Source: Phoronis australis
Taxonomy: Eukaryota; Animalia; Phoronida
Direction of reading: 5' to 3'
Assembly: GCA_002633005.1 (NCBI GenBank)
Contig: NMRA01000009.1
Location: 2,093,563 to 2,157,562 of the forward strand
Length of the DNA stretch: 64,000 nt
Shown here: piece after piece, positions 27,701-38,800 of the stretch
Layout: every line of letters starts with the position of its first letter
How positions within the stretch are numbered: the first letter of the stretch is position 1
Notes under the pieces: model-generated
Seen by the model: only the letters and a program-made list of their open reading frames with translations
Databases searched by the model: none
Told to the model about the DNA's origin: nothing
Position numbers and translations under genes: made by a program

Positions 27701-30331
27701 TTCCCACCCAATTAAGTCAGTTATTTAGTCCTCTTAATAACAGCACAGTCCCCTTAATAACAGCACAATCCTCTTAATAACAGCACAGTCTCCTTAATTT
27801 CAGCACCAGCTGGAAACCTGTAATAAACAGAACACATTCTCATGATTCACATTTTATCAATTTTGTTTGACGGAAACAACTCCCCTGGAGTTAATGATAG
27901 TACAAAACCACTTCACAAAAGTGCTCCCTGGGAGCATATTTAGCTTGTACCTGCTCTTAATTAACCCAGACGTCCCATGGGGGAATTTCCAGGAAACCGA
28001 CTGATAAAAAAATTTGCAGTAACAAGTGTGCAAATAATTCAAAACACTCGTAGAGTTAGTGCATCAATCCGTCTGAATACTAAACAAAGACAGAGTTTAG
28101 AAAAGTTTTAAACTAGGAACTATACCTGACCAGTGATAGAACCTTCTTGACCAGACTCTGTATTAATAACAGACAGCCATATCGGTATTGTCCCTTCGGC
28201 CTCATTATTTGAAATGGCAATGCTTGTAAAGTTCAAATTGACTTTGCCGACTTCTGAAAAGGAAATATATATTTCAGAAATAAATTAAGATACTAATTGC
28301 TATTAGTAAATAAATATAAACATGAAGGACAATTGACTATGTGGGGACTGTAGTAGTACTGGCTTTTTTACATGAGCACAACTCCAGAAATTGCTTTCAT
28401 ATTGTATCTTATATTCTAATTTACTCCATTGCATACATCCACTACGGCACTAGTAAGACTGCTGATCGAGAGGAATAGGAGACACCAAAGTGCTAGCTAT
28501 GCTGGATTGTCTGCCAGCAAAGCCCGAGGATTCGAACCCGGGTCTCCCAAACGGGAGTCGAAGCTCATACCACAGAGCCACAATGTCTCCTCTGGGTTTG
28601 ACCAATAACAGGAGCAAGTAACTTCCAGCCAGTGTGCATTAGCCTGCTATTCGCATAAAAAAAATGTTCCGCCAAGCCTGGCTTACTAGGCCAACCAAAG
28701 CGAGACATACCTCAACCGTGCATTTTTTTTTTTCAAATTAGTGAGGGTGGTGATGTTGGGTGATTATAATGACCAGATCAGATAGCACGGAAATATACGT
28801 ACAGTAGTATTTGGTGACCGTTAACAATTATACGTCACACTGCATTGTAGCAGCGCACGGATGGTAACGGCTATTTCTAAACTTTAATTGTTGTTCAACG
28901 ATGGCCAGTATAGGAATTGGCCTCGTCTTAGAAATCAAAAATAAGAGTTCTCCGTTACGTTACGGCTCTAATCAAATAAAACGGAGGAGAGTGTAGTGAG
29001 ACGTTATTTGACCTGTCTCACTGCTGCGCTGGCCGTCTGCCGCGCGCGCCCTCTGCCGGAATCGAGAGATGACTGCTGTTAGTCTCAGAGACTGCCGACG
29101 TTGGCTGTCCAGGCCCATATGCCGGTGATGGCCAATGAGGGCGCTACATGAATATTCAGCGGCCCTTCTGCGGCCAATACAAAAGGCTGGCGCAAGGACT
29201 GGAGCGGAGCTTTACGAATACCGACAACTGAACTACTGACTGAGACTTGGTTTAGGAGCACCTATAGTGTTATTACAAGGTAAGCCGCTTTGGAATTCAC
29301 TACAACAAATTTTTAGTACATTTTTTTCATCAAAGTAGTATAAATTTTTAATTGTGACGCATGATCAGCTGATGTCAAACTTGCATCACCTCATTACAAG
29401 TGTGGCGGATTATCCGAGCCATACATGGCATACGAATGAACCTTCCAAAGAAATCAAATTGATGTGTAGGACGACACCTCCTCCACCACGGGCACGGCCA
29501 ACTGTCCTACCCAAATTTTTACAATTACCAGATTACATATGAAACACTTGTGCTATACTTGCCTAAGCAATATACAGAGTGGGATATCCTGAAAAGAACA
29601 TAAAACCTCCATACACATTCAAATACATTAACCGTTTTCATTGTTTTGACGGTTCTTCATTTTTGAAGTACAAGGAATGTTTGGCTTGCCGCCATTCAGG
29701 AGGTCGTGTCAAGCACTTCATGTCATTTTTGCATTAAAAGTTAAAACGTAAATGAGTACAAACGGCATTTTTTGGTATTTTATATACTGAAATTGTTAAA
29801 AATAATGGATTTTTGTGACTTTTTTTATTTGAATTTTAGTCTTTAAATGACTATTTTTTTCAATTTAGTTTTCTCAAAATCCAAGTCTTTTTACATTACG
29901 TATAAGTAGCATACCCACAAAGCACCATAAACATGTCTGCTTCCATGAAAAGAGTAAAATCTTACCTGCTGTAACAAAAGTGTTTATAAGTATTACAATA
30001 CTAGGAAAATGGCTGGTAGTCGAATAGAAAGAATAGGATCTATATATAGCAGGTAACCCCTAATTGATATATATATATATCTATATAGCAGGTGACTCTT
30101 TATTGTCAACACAACTGAAAACAAATAATACTGAGTTCGGTCTTTTCATCGACGTCTCGGCTAGGCGATGGCTACGGACTAGGCAATTGCTACGGGCTAA
30201 GCCGGTACGGGTTGGCCGGTTAGGGGCTACTATACTTCCCATCGCTTTCTGTACCAGCGGTAGGCGAAATATGCGCACCTATTGAGAGTTTACCTGGTCA
30301 AAATACATTCCACGCTTAAATTTAAAACCAT
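6712..30331 (-). CDS. TCTN2: Tectonic family ciliary transition-zone protein, TCTN2-like, about 1,200 aa with signal peptide and C-terminal transmembrane segment
   Basis: Phase-consistent exons, 5' to 3': 30331-30294, 30000-29966, 28253-28126, 27407-27307, 26938-26843, 26397-26308, 25116-24999, 24694-24595, 22957-22872, 21413-21239, 20039-19864, 19424-19226, (18706-18680 probable microexon), 16014-15899, 15385-15093, 14912-14739, 14024-13270, 12696-12595, 10321-10204, 9542-9438, 9108-8833, 8436-8311, 6907-6712; 3,603 nt without the microexon. Contains the tectonic Cys cluster CPCDMTQDQCDVGCCCDKDC, WSPLLCVQFDNNPNLGMFF, RSGKVGYKLGLPL, ISFGENTSSGCLIRL and a TCTN2-type tail (C..EICW.MLFYPWT...TM helix...PW). 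The first two exons are less certain than the rest. Confidence 0.88.
7018..7247 (+). mobile_element. 5'-truncated LINE insertion (3' UTR only) with a 14-bp target-site duplication, in the last tectonic intron
   Basis: 7028-7247 is almost identical to the LINE 3' UTR at 56143-56367 and ends AATAAA..gtgaaaaaa. It is flanked by ACCATACAACATTA at 7004-7017 and 7248-7261. Confidence 0.92.
9737..9880. repeat. Degenerate 19-bp minisatellite
   Basis: About 7 copies of aaataggtcagaaatacac. Confidence 0.85.
11102..12298 (+). mobile_element. Helentron-associated (HINE-like) non-autonomous element with internal subrepeats, copy 1 (3' truncated)
   Basis: Homologous to 16512-17739. Starts ACAAGAG, with subterminal ATGCGCCCA (11132-11140) complementary to the TGGGCGCAT arm of the terminal hairpin in copy 2. 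Eight subrepeats each carry a CCACTAG(G/A/T)(T/A/G)GG-type motif. Confidence 0.7.
14198..14545. repeat. 20-bp minisatellite, about 17 copies
   Basis: Unit gaggtgagcacc(a/g)(c/t/a)aca(t/c)g(c/t). It explains the repetitive spurious ORFs at 14171-14614. Confidence 0.95.
16512..17739 (+). mobile_element. HINE-like element copy 2 (5' truncated) ending in a (GGAC)n microsatellite, a terminal hairpin and an A-run
   Basis: Same subrepeat series as 11102-12298. The 3' end has ggacgccggacggatggacg (17660-17692), the hairpin atgcgtccacatat-aa-atatgtgggcgcat (17705-17734) and AAAAA, the architecture described for Helentron-derived HINE/DINE-1-like elements. Confidence 0.72.
21870..22305. repeat. 12-bp minisatellite in two blocks (21870-21915 and 22053-22305)
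   Basis: Unit tatgtagga(c)(c/g)t and variants. It produces the YVGP/VLHN repeat ORFs. Confidence 0.95.
27729..27806. repeat. 21-bp tandem repeat x3-4
   Basis: cttaataacagcaca(g/a)tcc(c/t) units. Confidence 0.8.
28522..28590 (-). mobile_element. tRNA-derived SINE head (Pol III A and B boxes)
   Basis: The minus strand reads tggctctgtggtatgagcttcgactcccgtttgggagacccgggttcgaatcctcgggc: A-box TGGCTCTGTGG and B-box GGTTCGAATCC at tRNA spacing, but no intact cloverleaf or acceptor stem. Confidence 0.6.
29020..29279 (+). promoter_or_regulatory. CpG-rich promoter with CCAAT boxes and a probable non-coding first exon of MRPS23
   Basis: Local CpG enrichment (gccgcgcgcgcc), GGCCAAT at about 29130 and 29172, then a consensus donor CAAG|GTAAGC at 29279/29280. 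Confidence 0.5.
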
Positions 30332-33300
30332 CACTTAAAGACTCAAGTCGAGTCAAGTGCTTATTTTCTTCAGTGGCCCTTTCGGATTCTAAACATATCT
30401 TTGATGAAGCATAGCTATGGGAATTTTAGGAGACATTTGCAAAATAGTATGGGAAGATATTGGGTGAAATTTGTAAGATTTCTGTCCTTTGGACTTCTTA
30501 TTCGTCAAAAAGTGTGATTTCACGTAACTTCCTCAAAATGACACCCGGGTAAAAGAATCTTGAGAAAACCGCAACAGATTTTCATGGATATGTTCAAGTT
30601 ATGCTGACTAAATTGTATTCACAGTCATGGTGTATGTTAATCAGGGCTTGGAATTTTCCGCGGAAACGCGGATTTCCGCTTTTTTCAAATGTTCTGTCCG
30701 CGCATTTTATTATATTTCCGCGGATTTGATGTAAAATTTCCGCAGCAAAGTCCTTTCTTACCGCAGCGTTGCAGACGACGTTCACCTCGAAAAGCGGAAG
30801 TTGCTCTGTATGTTCCGGAGGAACGTAAATTGTCAACATTGCCGGGGCACCTGGGATACCATGGTGGGATTTTCAATGGCGTCTCGTGTGATTGTAAATC
30901 GCGGTGACAAATACTACGACTCTGCAGCCAAAAATGTGTGGAGGTGGGAGTGGAGGATGGATGAGGTAAAAAAACGCAGACGCATGCTACTGATGGTCGT
31001 AACGTTTTTTTTTAGTCCTACCGATTTTTGTCGACGAAAGGTTCACATCGACTATTTCAAGGCTGGGAAGCGCGCATGTTTTGGGCCGTAAAAGTTTCCG
31101 CGTTTTTTGTCATTGGTCATTCCAAGTCCTGGTTAATTGTAAATCTACGTGCCTATATGAATGTTTCATTCGATTTCATTTGCTGTATTTTGAAATGAGT
31201 AACTTTTTATGGGGATGTACTATTGCCCCTGGTTGCATGCAGCATCCAGGGGCGATGTAATTGGCTTGCCTACGCATATGGCTAGCCTTGACTCTATCTC
31301 TCTTGAAACACTTGACACTCGAAGTCGAGGTGTAAAGCTGTATACTAAGTATACAGCCTTGGGCCGATGAGGGTAAAAAACTGACCAAGTAAAATGTTGA
31401 CACAAACTTAGTGTCATTAAAAACTGCACTGCTCTTTGAATAAACTAAATTATTTACTGGTAAAATGGTATTCTACCATTATTCTGTTGCTAAAATTGTG
31501 GTGCTATCATTTGCGTTGGCTTTCCGCTCCCTGAAATATTGTGTCTCTTAATGGCCAGTTACTTTTCACCCCATTCAGAGCTGCCTGGTTTCATTTCCAG
31601 GGATATTCCTGGAATGCGCCTGTGCTTAAAAAAAGTAAATTAAGGCGCTAGTGTATTGCAGCAGTGCACCCCCTCCCCCCCAGGTGCATCTGTTAAAACG
31701 CAACATCATCAGGTGCGCCCAAAGGGCACAGGTTCAAACTTGGACCTGGTGTATATCCCTGCATTTCATTACATGTTCCAGCAAACTGAATTTCAGAACA
31801 AATTTTAATACTGCGAAGTATCACCTCTTGAGAGATATTGGAAAATTTAATAAATGTTGCATATCATGGGTGTACTGTTTTCAAAACCATGACAGACTTT
31901 TCTTTGTTGCAAAAATTGGAGAATTATGCAAGAAAATGATGTTTATTAGATTGGGGTTTTTTTCACATAAACGGCTATACAACGGGCAAGGCGAGTGTCG
32001 GTTGACTCCCAGATTTGCGTGCACCCCCGCCGGTCTTGAGCTCTACATGTACATGTAGACACGATCTTCATGCCGAGATGACTAGTAGGACTACCTGTGC
32101 TGTGTGAAATTTCGGGGCCTAACGGAGCTCAACACATGGTGGTATCTAGCTGTATTTTGACGATAGTCATGGCCATGGCTTAACAATGCAAGTTTGCAAT
32201 GGTGAATGGTGCCTGATGATGATACTCAGTATATTGCCTGTGAATGCCTAAGGTCCAGCAGCAATAAAGTTTGAAAGTCACTTGCATGTTACAATAGTCT
32301 GATTCTATTTGTCTTCACTTCTTTTGCAGGGTCAAGGGTTTAATTAATGCTGGTGCTTTAAAGGAAGCTGATCGTCCCCTTTGGCTGAGTGTTTATGAGA
32401 GGTTTCCACCAAAAAATGAACCAGTAGATATACCTAGGGAGTTTAATGAACCTGTGCGAAACATACTGTACAAGGAAGATCTAATTAGAGCGTGAGTTCA
32501 AGACATGTCTGGCTGAAGTCGATTTTTTGACTTTTAATTCTACATTTTCATGTTTAATCATTTTCAACCATGTTACAAGTAAAATAAAAAGCGATGATCA
32601 ATGTAAAATTTTGCTTTATACTTAGTAGGTTGTGACTATTTCAAATAAACTGTCTGTCAATTCTATTACTTCGTTATACCTGCAGTTACTTTTTCAAGCA
32701 AATCTGTGTACTACCGTTTTTGATTTTAAAGCATAACTTAATGGTCAGATAAGTTTTTCAGTCCAAAGTATTATAGACTGTTGCCATTAAAGCAGTTTTA
32801 GGTAATGTATTAAGTCAACAATTGATGGACCTGAATTCTGTTTCATATGTTTATTTTTTACATCAGGAAATTCCATCAGCAGTTTGGTAGTGTGGGAGTT
32901 TTGGATTTGACAGATCAGCTACAAAAACCTATGAGTGAGAGGTATGTCCACGTATTTAATCATACATGTTGAGGGCAGGATTGAAAGGCTTACGTGTACA
33001 TTTGTCTTGTTACATCCACGGTGTTTCAATTAACAATTAAATAATACTATTGAAGGTTAAATGTTAAGCCAAACATGTACGTGAAAGTAAAATTTTGGCT
33101 ACATTTAGTGTTGGTTAATGTTCATGTAGGTCCATAGATGTCAGGTGTGTACTAGAATGGGTAATGATCTGATATAACGTGCCCGAATTTTGAGAACCAG
33201 TTTTCTCCACTGAATAATGGGCATCTGGCTGGTTCTCAAAATATGTTATATCAGACCTAGAATGTAAGACAAAGGATTGAAGGATTGTTAAGTGAAGATT

Positions 33301-35497
33301 TTGAAAAATTGTCATTGGGCATATAATTGAAAATGGGCATAAATGCAGTGTTCCTACAGTTTCTTGTGCTAGTGGATATGTTCACAACATGATTATGAAG
33401 TAAACATTTTGAATGTTTACAGATTTTTCTGAAAAACCCTTTAATTTCAAATTTATCCAGAAATGAAGTAAGAACCAATGCTTTTACATTGGTCTGAAGT
33501 ACATGACTTCACCGCAAAATTATCAATTGAAATTGCCTTTCCTTATTATAATTTAATGAGCATTTTTACTAATTCTCATCTCAAATATTGCTGTCGCAGG
33601 TTCATCGAACGTTATAACGAGTTAGAGAAGTACAGCCAATCAGAAGACTTATTTGAGTCAACAGTACAGTCATTGAAAGCTGAAGGTTATACATTACAAA
33701 GTCTAGAAGATATTCAGAAGGTACTTAGTTACTACCGCGGGTAAAATCTCACAAATTTAGGACACAATATGGCAGACAAGGGAAATATTTCATTTCCTTA
33801 TTTTTCTGCGAAAGACATGTCACATCGAATTAGTGTCATTTTATATGTTCAATTTCAATACCATAGGTACCACCAGACACTGTTTTGAACAAACATGAAC
33901 ATTCATACCAAGGTTTGAAGCACTTGAAAATTAAAAAAATGGTGAGATTTTACTGTAGAATGTGTCTTACAGCAAATGAAGATGTCAGAATACTGAGAGA
34001 TGAATGTAAGATGGTATTAATGAATATGACATGACGAGAATACCGTACTGTTCTGGTTTAATACTCGAGGCTTTAAAATTGGGAAATTTAGCTGGTCATG
34101 GGCACTTGCACACTCTGGCACTTTTAAAGCCTAACTTCAACGGAATTTTGTTATTTTAGATGTGTTGGGCTAACCAGATTGTCCTTGCAAAGCCTTTGAG
34201 TTAGTAAAATAAGAAAACGCGAGTTCAATCGCAAAAATGTAAGCCCGTCAAATGATAAGTGAAGCTACTTTTTCATGCCATGTTGCGTCACCGCGAGATC
34301 CCAGCACAAACAACAAAGCTCTGATAACAGTTGTAGTGAATAGGTGTCTGAATAAAACACCATTGCGTGTTGGGGGGGTTTGGGGTTATTCACAGCTGTT
34401 TGGATTAAAAGGGGATTTTCACGGTGACGTAGACAAAAGCAAGCCAATATGCCTAGCAGTTGGTTACATTTGGCAATTTATGACAGTAGTGGACTCGGGA
34501 GTGGGTGTTGTGCTTTGAAAGGGAGCATGTAAAATTTTGGTGGTGAAAACTGAGTTGAACATGGGCATTATCCCTGACTGCGGTAATTGTGTCTTATTAC
34601 AAAAAGCCAACAATATGATCCTCTCGCTTACTTAAAGTGACTATTAAACCCACTTTCTGTCCAAACCTTTGATTTCTAAACACCACTTACAGCAATAAAA
34701 TTGGTTAAAACTTATTTGTTATTCATATGAGAAATGACTTCTGGGTTTTTTAAGAACTAACAATTCACCGTTCCATGAGGCCATGTTCGTCACATAAAGT
34801 AACAATCCAGCTTGTTGAGCTTCGTCTCATACAACAATCGCCAGTTCTTTCCAAGTCCTGAAATCACCTCAAATTTTAATCCAAAAACAGTAACTTGTCC
34901 AAATCAAAAGTTATAGAAATAGAAGATGGATTTGGAGCCGCTTTAAAGAATTTATATGCAAAACTACTCTTTGTTAAAGAAGTGTGAGATTTACATTCTA
35001 TACTGAGCTTCTGTGTTTTATCAGTTAGCACAGTTATCATAGAGAATGTGTCAGTGAGTCATACCAGTCTTTTGGTTTATTATCTACAGCATAAACTTTA
35101 ATTAGCATTTTCACTCAAGTTCTTAGCACATCGCTAATTAGGTCTGTTAAGGTTTGTTACTAGTTGACTTGTAGTGTGACATTTTAAAATTATACTGAAT
35201 AAATTGTTATCTCAATGCTGTTGATGCCGTGTCAACCATTGCAGTCAGTTTCATTTTTATTAACAGTAAATATTATTGGCTTTACAAAGAGGATAAGATG
35301 CATTTAGGTCTAACCACTACAGCTGTATCTAATGCACTATTTGTTTTCAGCAGCAGAGGGAAAAAAGGCCAACACAGTTAAAAGAATCTAATAGTGACAC
35401 TGCAAAAGAAGTGGACAAATCTCAGCCAATAAAACCGTTGACTGCAGTAGACTTATTTGGAAAATATGTAGTTGAAGATGAGGAAGAGGAATATTGA
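30009..35497 (+). CDS. MRPS23: Mitochondrial small ribosomal subunit protein mS23, 182 aa
   Basis: Exons 30009-30052, 32330-32491, 32867-32941, 33600-33720 and 35351-35497 (549 nt, phases consistent). [42 protein letters not shown]...ILYKEDLIRAKF...SERFIERY matches the MRP-S23 family N-terminal domain. Confidence 0.94.
30179..30544 (-). promoter_or_regulatory. Probable tectonic promoter/first-exon region; inverted homolog of 45040-45549
   Basis: Contains the predicted ATG exon (30331-30294). Blocks such as ggttggccggttaggggcta..tacttcccatcgctttctgtac and gtgatttcacgtaacttcctcaaaatgacac match the reverse complement of the 45 kb promoter region. Confidence 0.55.
30642..31131 (+). mobile_element. 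Non-autonomous hAT-like DNA transposon with a 6-bp flanking duplication, in MRPS23 intron 1
   Basis: TIRs CAGGGCTTGGAAT / ATTCCAAGTCCTG (12/13 match). GTTAAT flanks both sides (30636-30641, 31132-31137). An internal peptide KNVWRWEW resembles the N-terminus of hAT-type transposases. Confidence 0.72.
34636..34942. mobile_element. TTAA-flanked MITE, same family as 5801-6053, opposite orientation
   Basis: TTAA|AGTGACT ... AGCCGCT|TTAA, with right-end homology to 5801-5825. Confidence 0.55.
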
Positions 35498-35834
35498 TTA
35501 TTGTAGCAAAATGTGACAGGGAGTCCGTTTCATGGTGAAGATTGCAGGTGGAAGAGACAGTTGGAAGATTTATATTGCAGTTGAGCAAAAAGCAGATTGA
35601 ACGGAAATGCTTCCAAGTGATTATCAATCATGTGTAAAAACAAAAATCATGTAATGGAATGCAATGAATAATGAATGGTGAAAATAAGACATAAATCAAT
35701 GTGCATTTTTATTTCCATAAAAATTTACATTAAATTCATTAAATTATGATTCAGTATAATTTAAAATCACCATGTGCTTCATGTATATATCAGTTTCAAT
35801 TTGAACTTTTTAAAAACTCGATTATGACAGACAT

Positions 35835-38800
35835 TTAGCTTTGAACGCCAGGATCAAATCTTCCATCTGTTGGTTTGAGATGTGTAAAGTATCCAACATG
35901 TTGTAGCTTCAACACTTCATTACCCCAGCTTGTCCAATGAGATCTCAAATTACGTGCAAACAGCTCCAGACATTTTGGATTGGCTGGCAACCATTTTGCA
36001 AGTAAATCTGGAAAAATGTTAATAAGCGTTAATTCCAGGAGTTAAAGTCATCCATATTCAAAGCAGACTATCCTCAAGACAAGTCTAATTTTGCCGTTGC
36101 TCAAACAGCATTCCTCCATCTAGTTAAATCTGACTTGAGGCTGAAACAGTTGCCAGGTTGGAAGTGATTGTTAAACACCTTTTCAAATTGTGGTGGTCAA
36201 GATGAGTAGGAAACATTTCAAGTGTATCCTTTGAACACCACTCCACCCATCAAGTTAACTGCATGTGTGTTGCATTGTACGTTTGCACACAAAAAAGTCT
36301 ACTGCCACCTGGTGATGCAGCAAATTTGAAAATATCACATTGTGCGCTGGTACATAAAACATAAAATCCTCTATTGCCATCTAGAGGATACCACAAATTC
36401 GAACATGTCAAGGTTTGCATACAAAATAACCTTTCATTCAGTAGCACAACAAATTTGAACATATCCTATTGTAAGTTTGTTGACAAAATACTCTACTGCC
36501 ATCTAGTGACACTGCAAAATTTGAACATATCTTATTGTAAATTCGTCGACAAAATACTCTACTGCCATCTAGTGACACTGCAAAATTTGAACATATCCTA
36601 TTGTAAGTTTGTCGACAAAATACTCTACTGACATCTAGTGACACTCTATCACATTGTTTAGCAGCTGATTAAGTAACTGGTCTAACTTAGGCAGGTTTAT
36701 AACACCTGAATCACAAGTCATTATTTACACCTGTGTTGCCATGGTGACATTCGGTTCTAGCTAGCATTTACACATTTGTTACCACAGTGATGTTAAGTTC
36801 TAGTTGAAACATTTAAAACAAATAAATACATTGCATTTCAAAGTAAAGGAATACGTCAAGGTATCGCCATGATAACGCGCATGCCAGGCTCACAAAGCAG
36901 GCAACTGACAGCACATTCTTGCCATCAAACTGAAGGAAGTGAACTCCTTCAGACACACATTTCGCATAAGATATACACTATTCTTGGCTTACGTAGCAAA
37001 TAGATGTGTTACCTTCAAGGTGTGGTTTACTGGAGTGAACACTGCATGGCACACTGACGATAATCTTGTGATCAGGTAAAGATGGTTGATCCTCGTCAAA
37101 CTGTCCCAGAATAAGGTTCTCGTAAGGTTTCTTGTGTTCTGAATTGAAGTCATGGACCATCTCTCCTAACGTGGTCACCTGAAATAAAGAAATAATGTGA
37201 GAAACATCCAAATGAACAAGCTGGTAAAAACATGAATATTTCAAGCCATCAGCACTTTTGCTATACAAATGGGAAACAGAACACATGACAAATTATTTAT
37301 CAAAAAAAAATTCCAGTTTAGATGGTGGATCCTGATATATAGTATGTAATTAGAGAGTGAACAATATTTTAGAAACTGAAGAACAAGTGGCCATATTTCA
37401 AGGTGTCAAACAGGAATATTTACCAGTCTTGGCACTTAATAATTTGTCTGGTGTGTAGATACGCTGAACTGGGATTACAAGTAGCACTACACAGAGGGTG
37501 CCAAACAGCTCAACAAGGCTTTGCAACTCTTGCTATTTCACTTACCTTAACCCAATGCCAAACAGCATGACTGGTTACATTCCATTCTTTGAATAGTTCC
37601 TCCTTAACAAAGTTGATCTGTTTCCATTTGTTTGTGACCCAGACAGCAACAATACACCCAGAGGCAGCCAACTGAGCTACAGGCAGTCGGAACAGATCAG
37701 AGTTCAACAGGTATTTGTACCTATCAGAGTAAAGTCATTACGTTATAATCCGCCACACAATGTGATTCACATTGTCATATTGTATCCATGACAGCGACTT
37801 ACAGCACACCAATGAGAAGACATTAAGAATTGAATGTGAGCAAAGAGGTATGAAGCAACTCAAAAGGAGATGGAAACAGGAAAGTTGTAGCAATGGACAT
37901 GATTCCAGTTGGAAGTATGTGAAGCTCATAAGAATGAATCGATGTACTGAAAAATTCAGATCATATGCGTAAAGCAAAAAAAACATGATCATGGTACTTT
38001 GTCAAGAAATACATGTACATAGCTTGACATCATTATAAAAACGACCCATTTTTAGTCTTAGGAAAGTTCAGCACCCTAAGAGATATTTGCCGGCAATATA
38101 TGCAAGAACTTGAATGTCTTGTTTAACAGAAGATTAAGCTTGAGTAAAGATCTGTGATGACCACCTGGCTATAATATTAGGTACAGCGCAAGATGACTTA
38201 AAGTGAACATTTTGCCCATTGAATTTGAACACTTTCTTATTCATCTCAAGCTGTCTCCTTTTTGGTAGACTGATAACAAGACATGCCTACCAACCAAGTG
38301 CATGTGGTAATTCCACCATCTTGGGGGAAATCTTGGTGACAAATTTTTCAAAACTGTATTATTGTTTTTCAGTAGTAGGTCCAACCAAATCAACACACCA
38401 AAAACACTTACTTCTTCTTCCGTTTCACAGACTTGTTCTCCCATGGTGGGTCAATAACGATGAGATTGTACCTAGCCTTATCTACAAAGTAACATAATTA
38501 AAATAATAAGACTCAATAAATCACTTTTCTGCATGTCATATAACATGACAACCAAACCCAGGTAAGGATTAAATAAAGCCTCATTTTGGGCTTGGAGGGA
38601 GTAACTAGTCACCATAGTGGCTTATTTTGTTGTCCTTCGCACACAATAAGCCTTTTGAAATCGACATGCAAGGTAAATGAAAGCAGTTCTTTATGAAGCC
38701 TCCTCCTAGTCATACCACTGTCCCAGTTGGCTTGTGCAACTACTAAACACAGCTGAGAAGACAGTTGCTTTATTACTGCCTATGAATAGCTGAGCCCCGA

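Noticed and set aside
28522-28590. Possible tRNA gene
   Set aside because: A and B boxes are present but the acceptor and anticodon stems do not pair properly; better explained as a SINE head.
30081-30148. Alternative tectonic start MKRPNSVLFVFS on the minus strand
   Set aside because: It has no phase-compatible GT donor to join the 30000 exon and hits a stop; the 30331 exon fits canonically.
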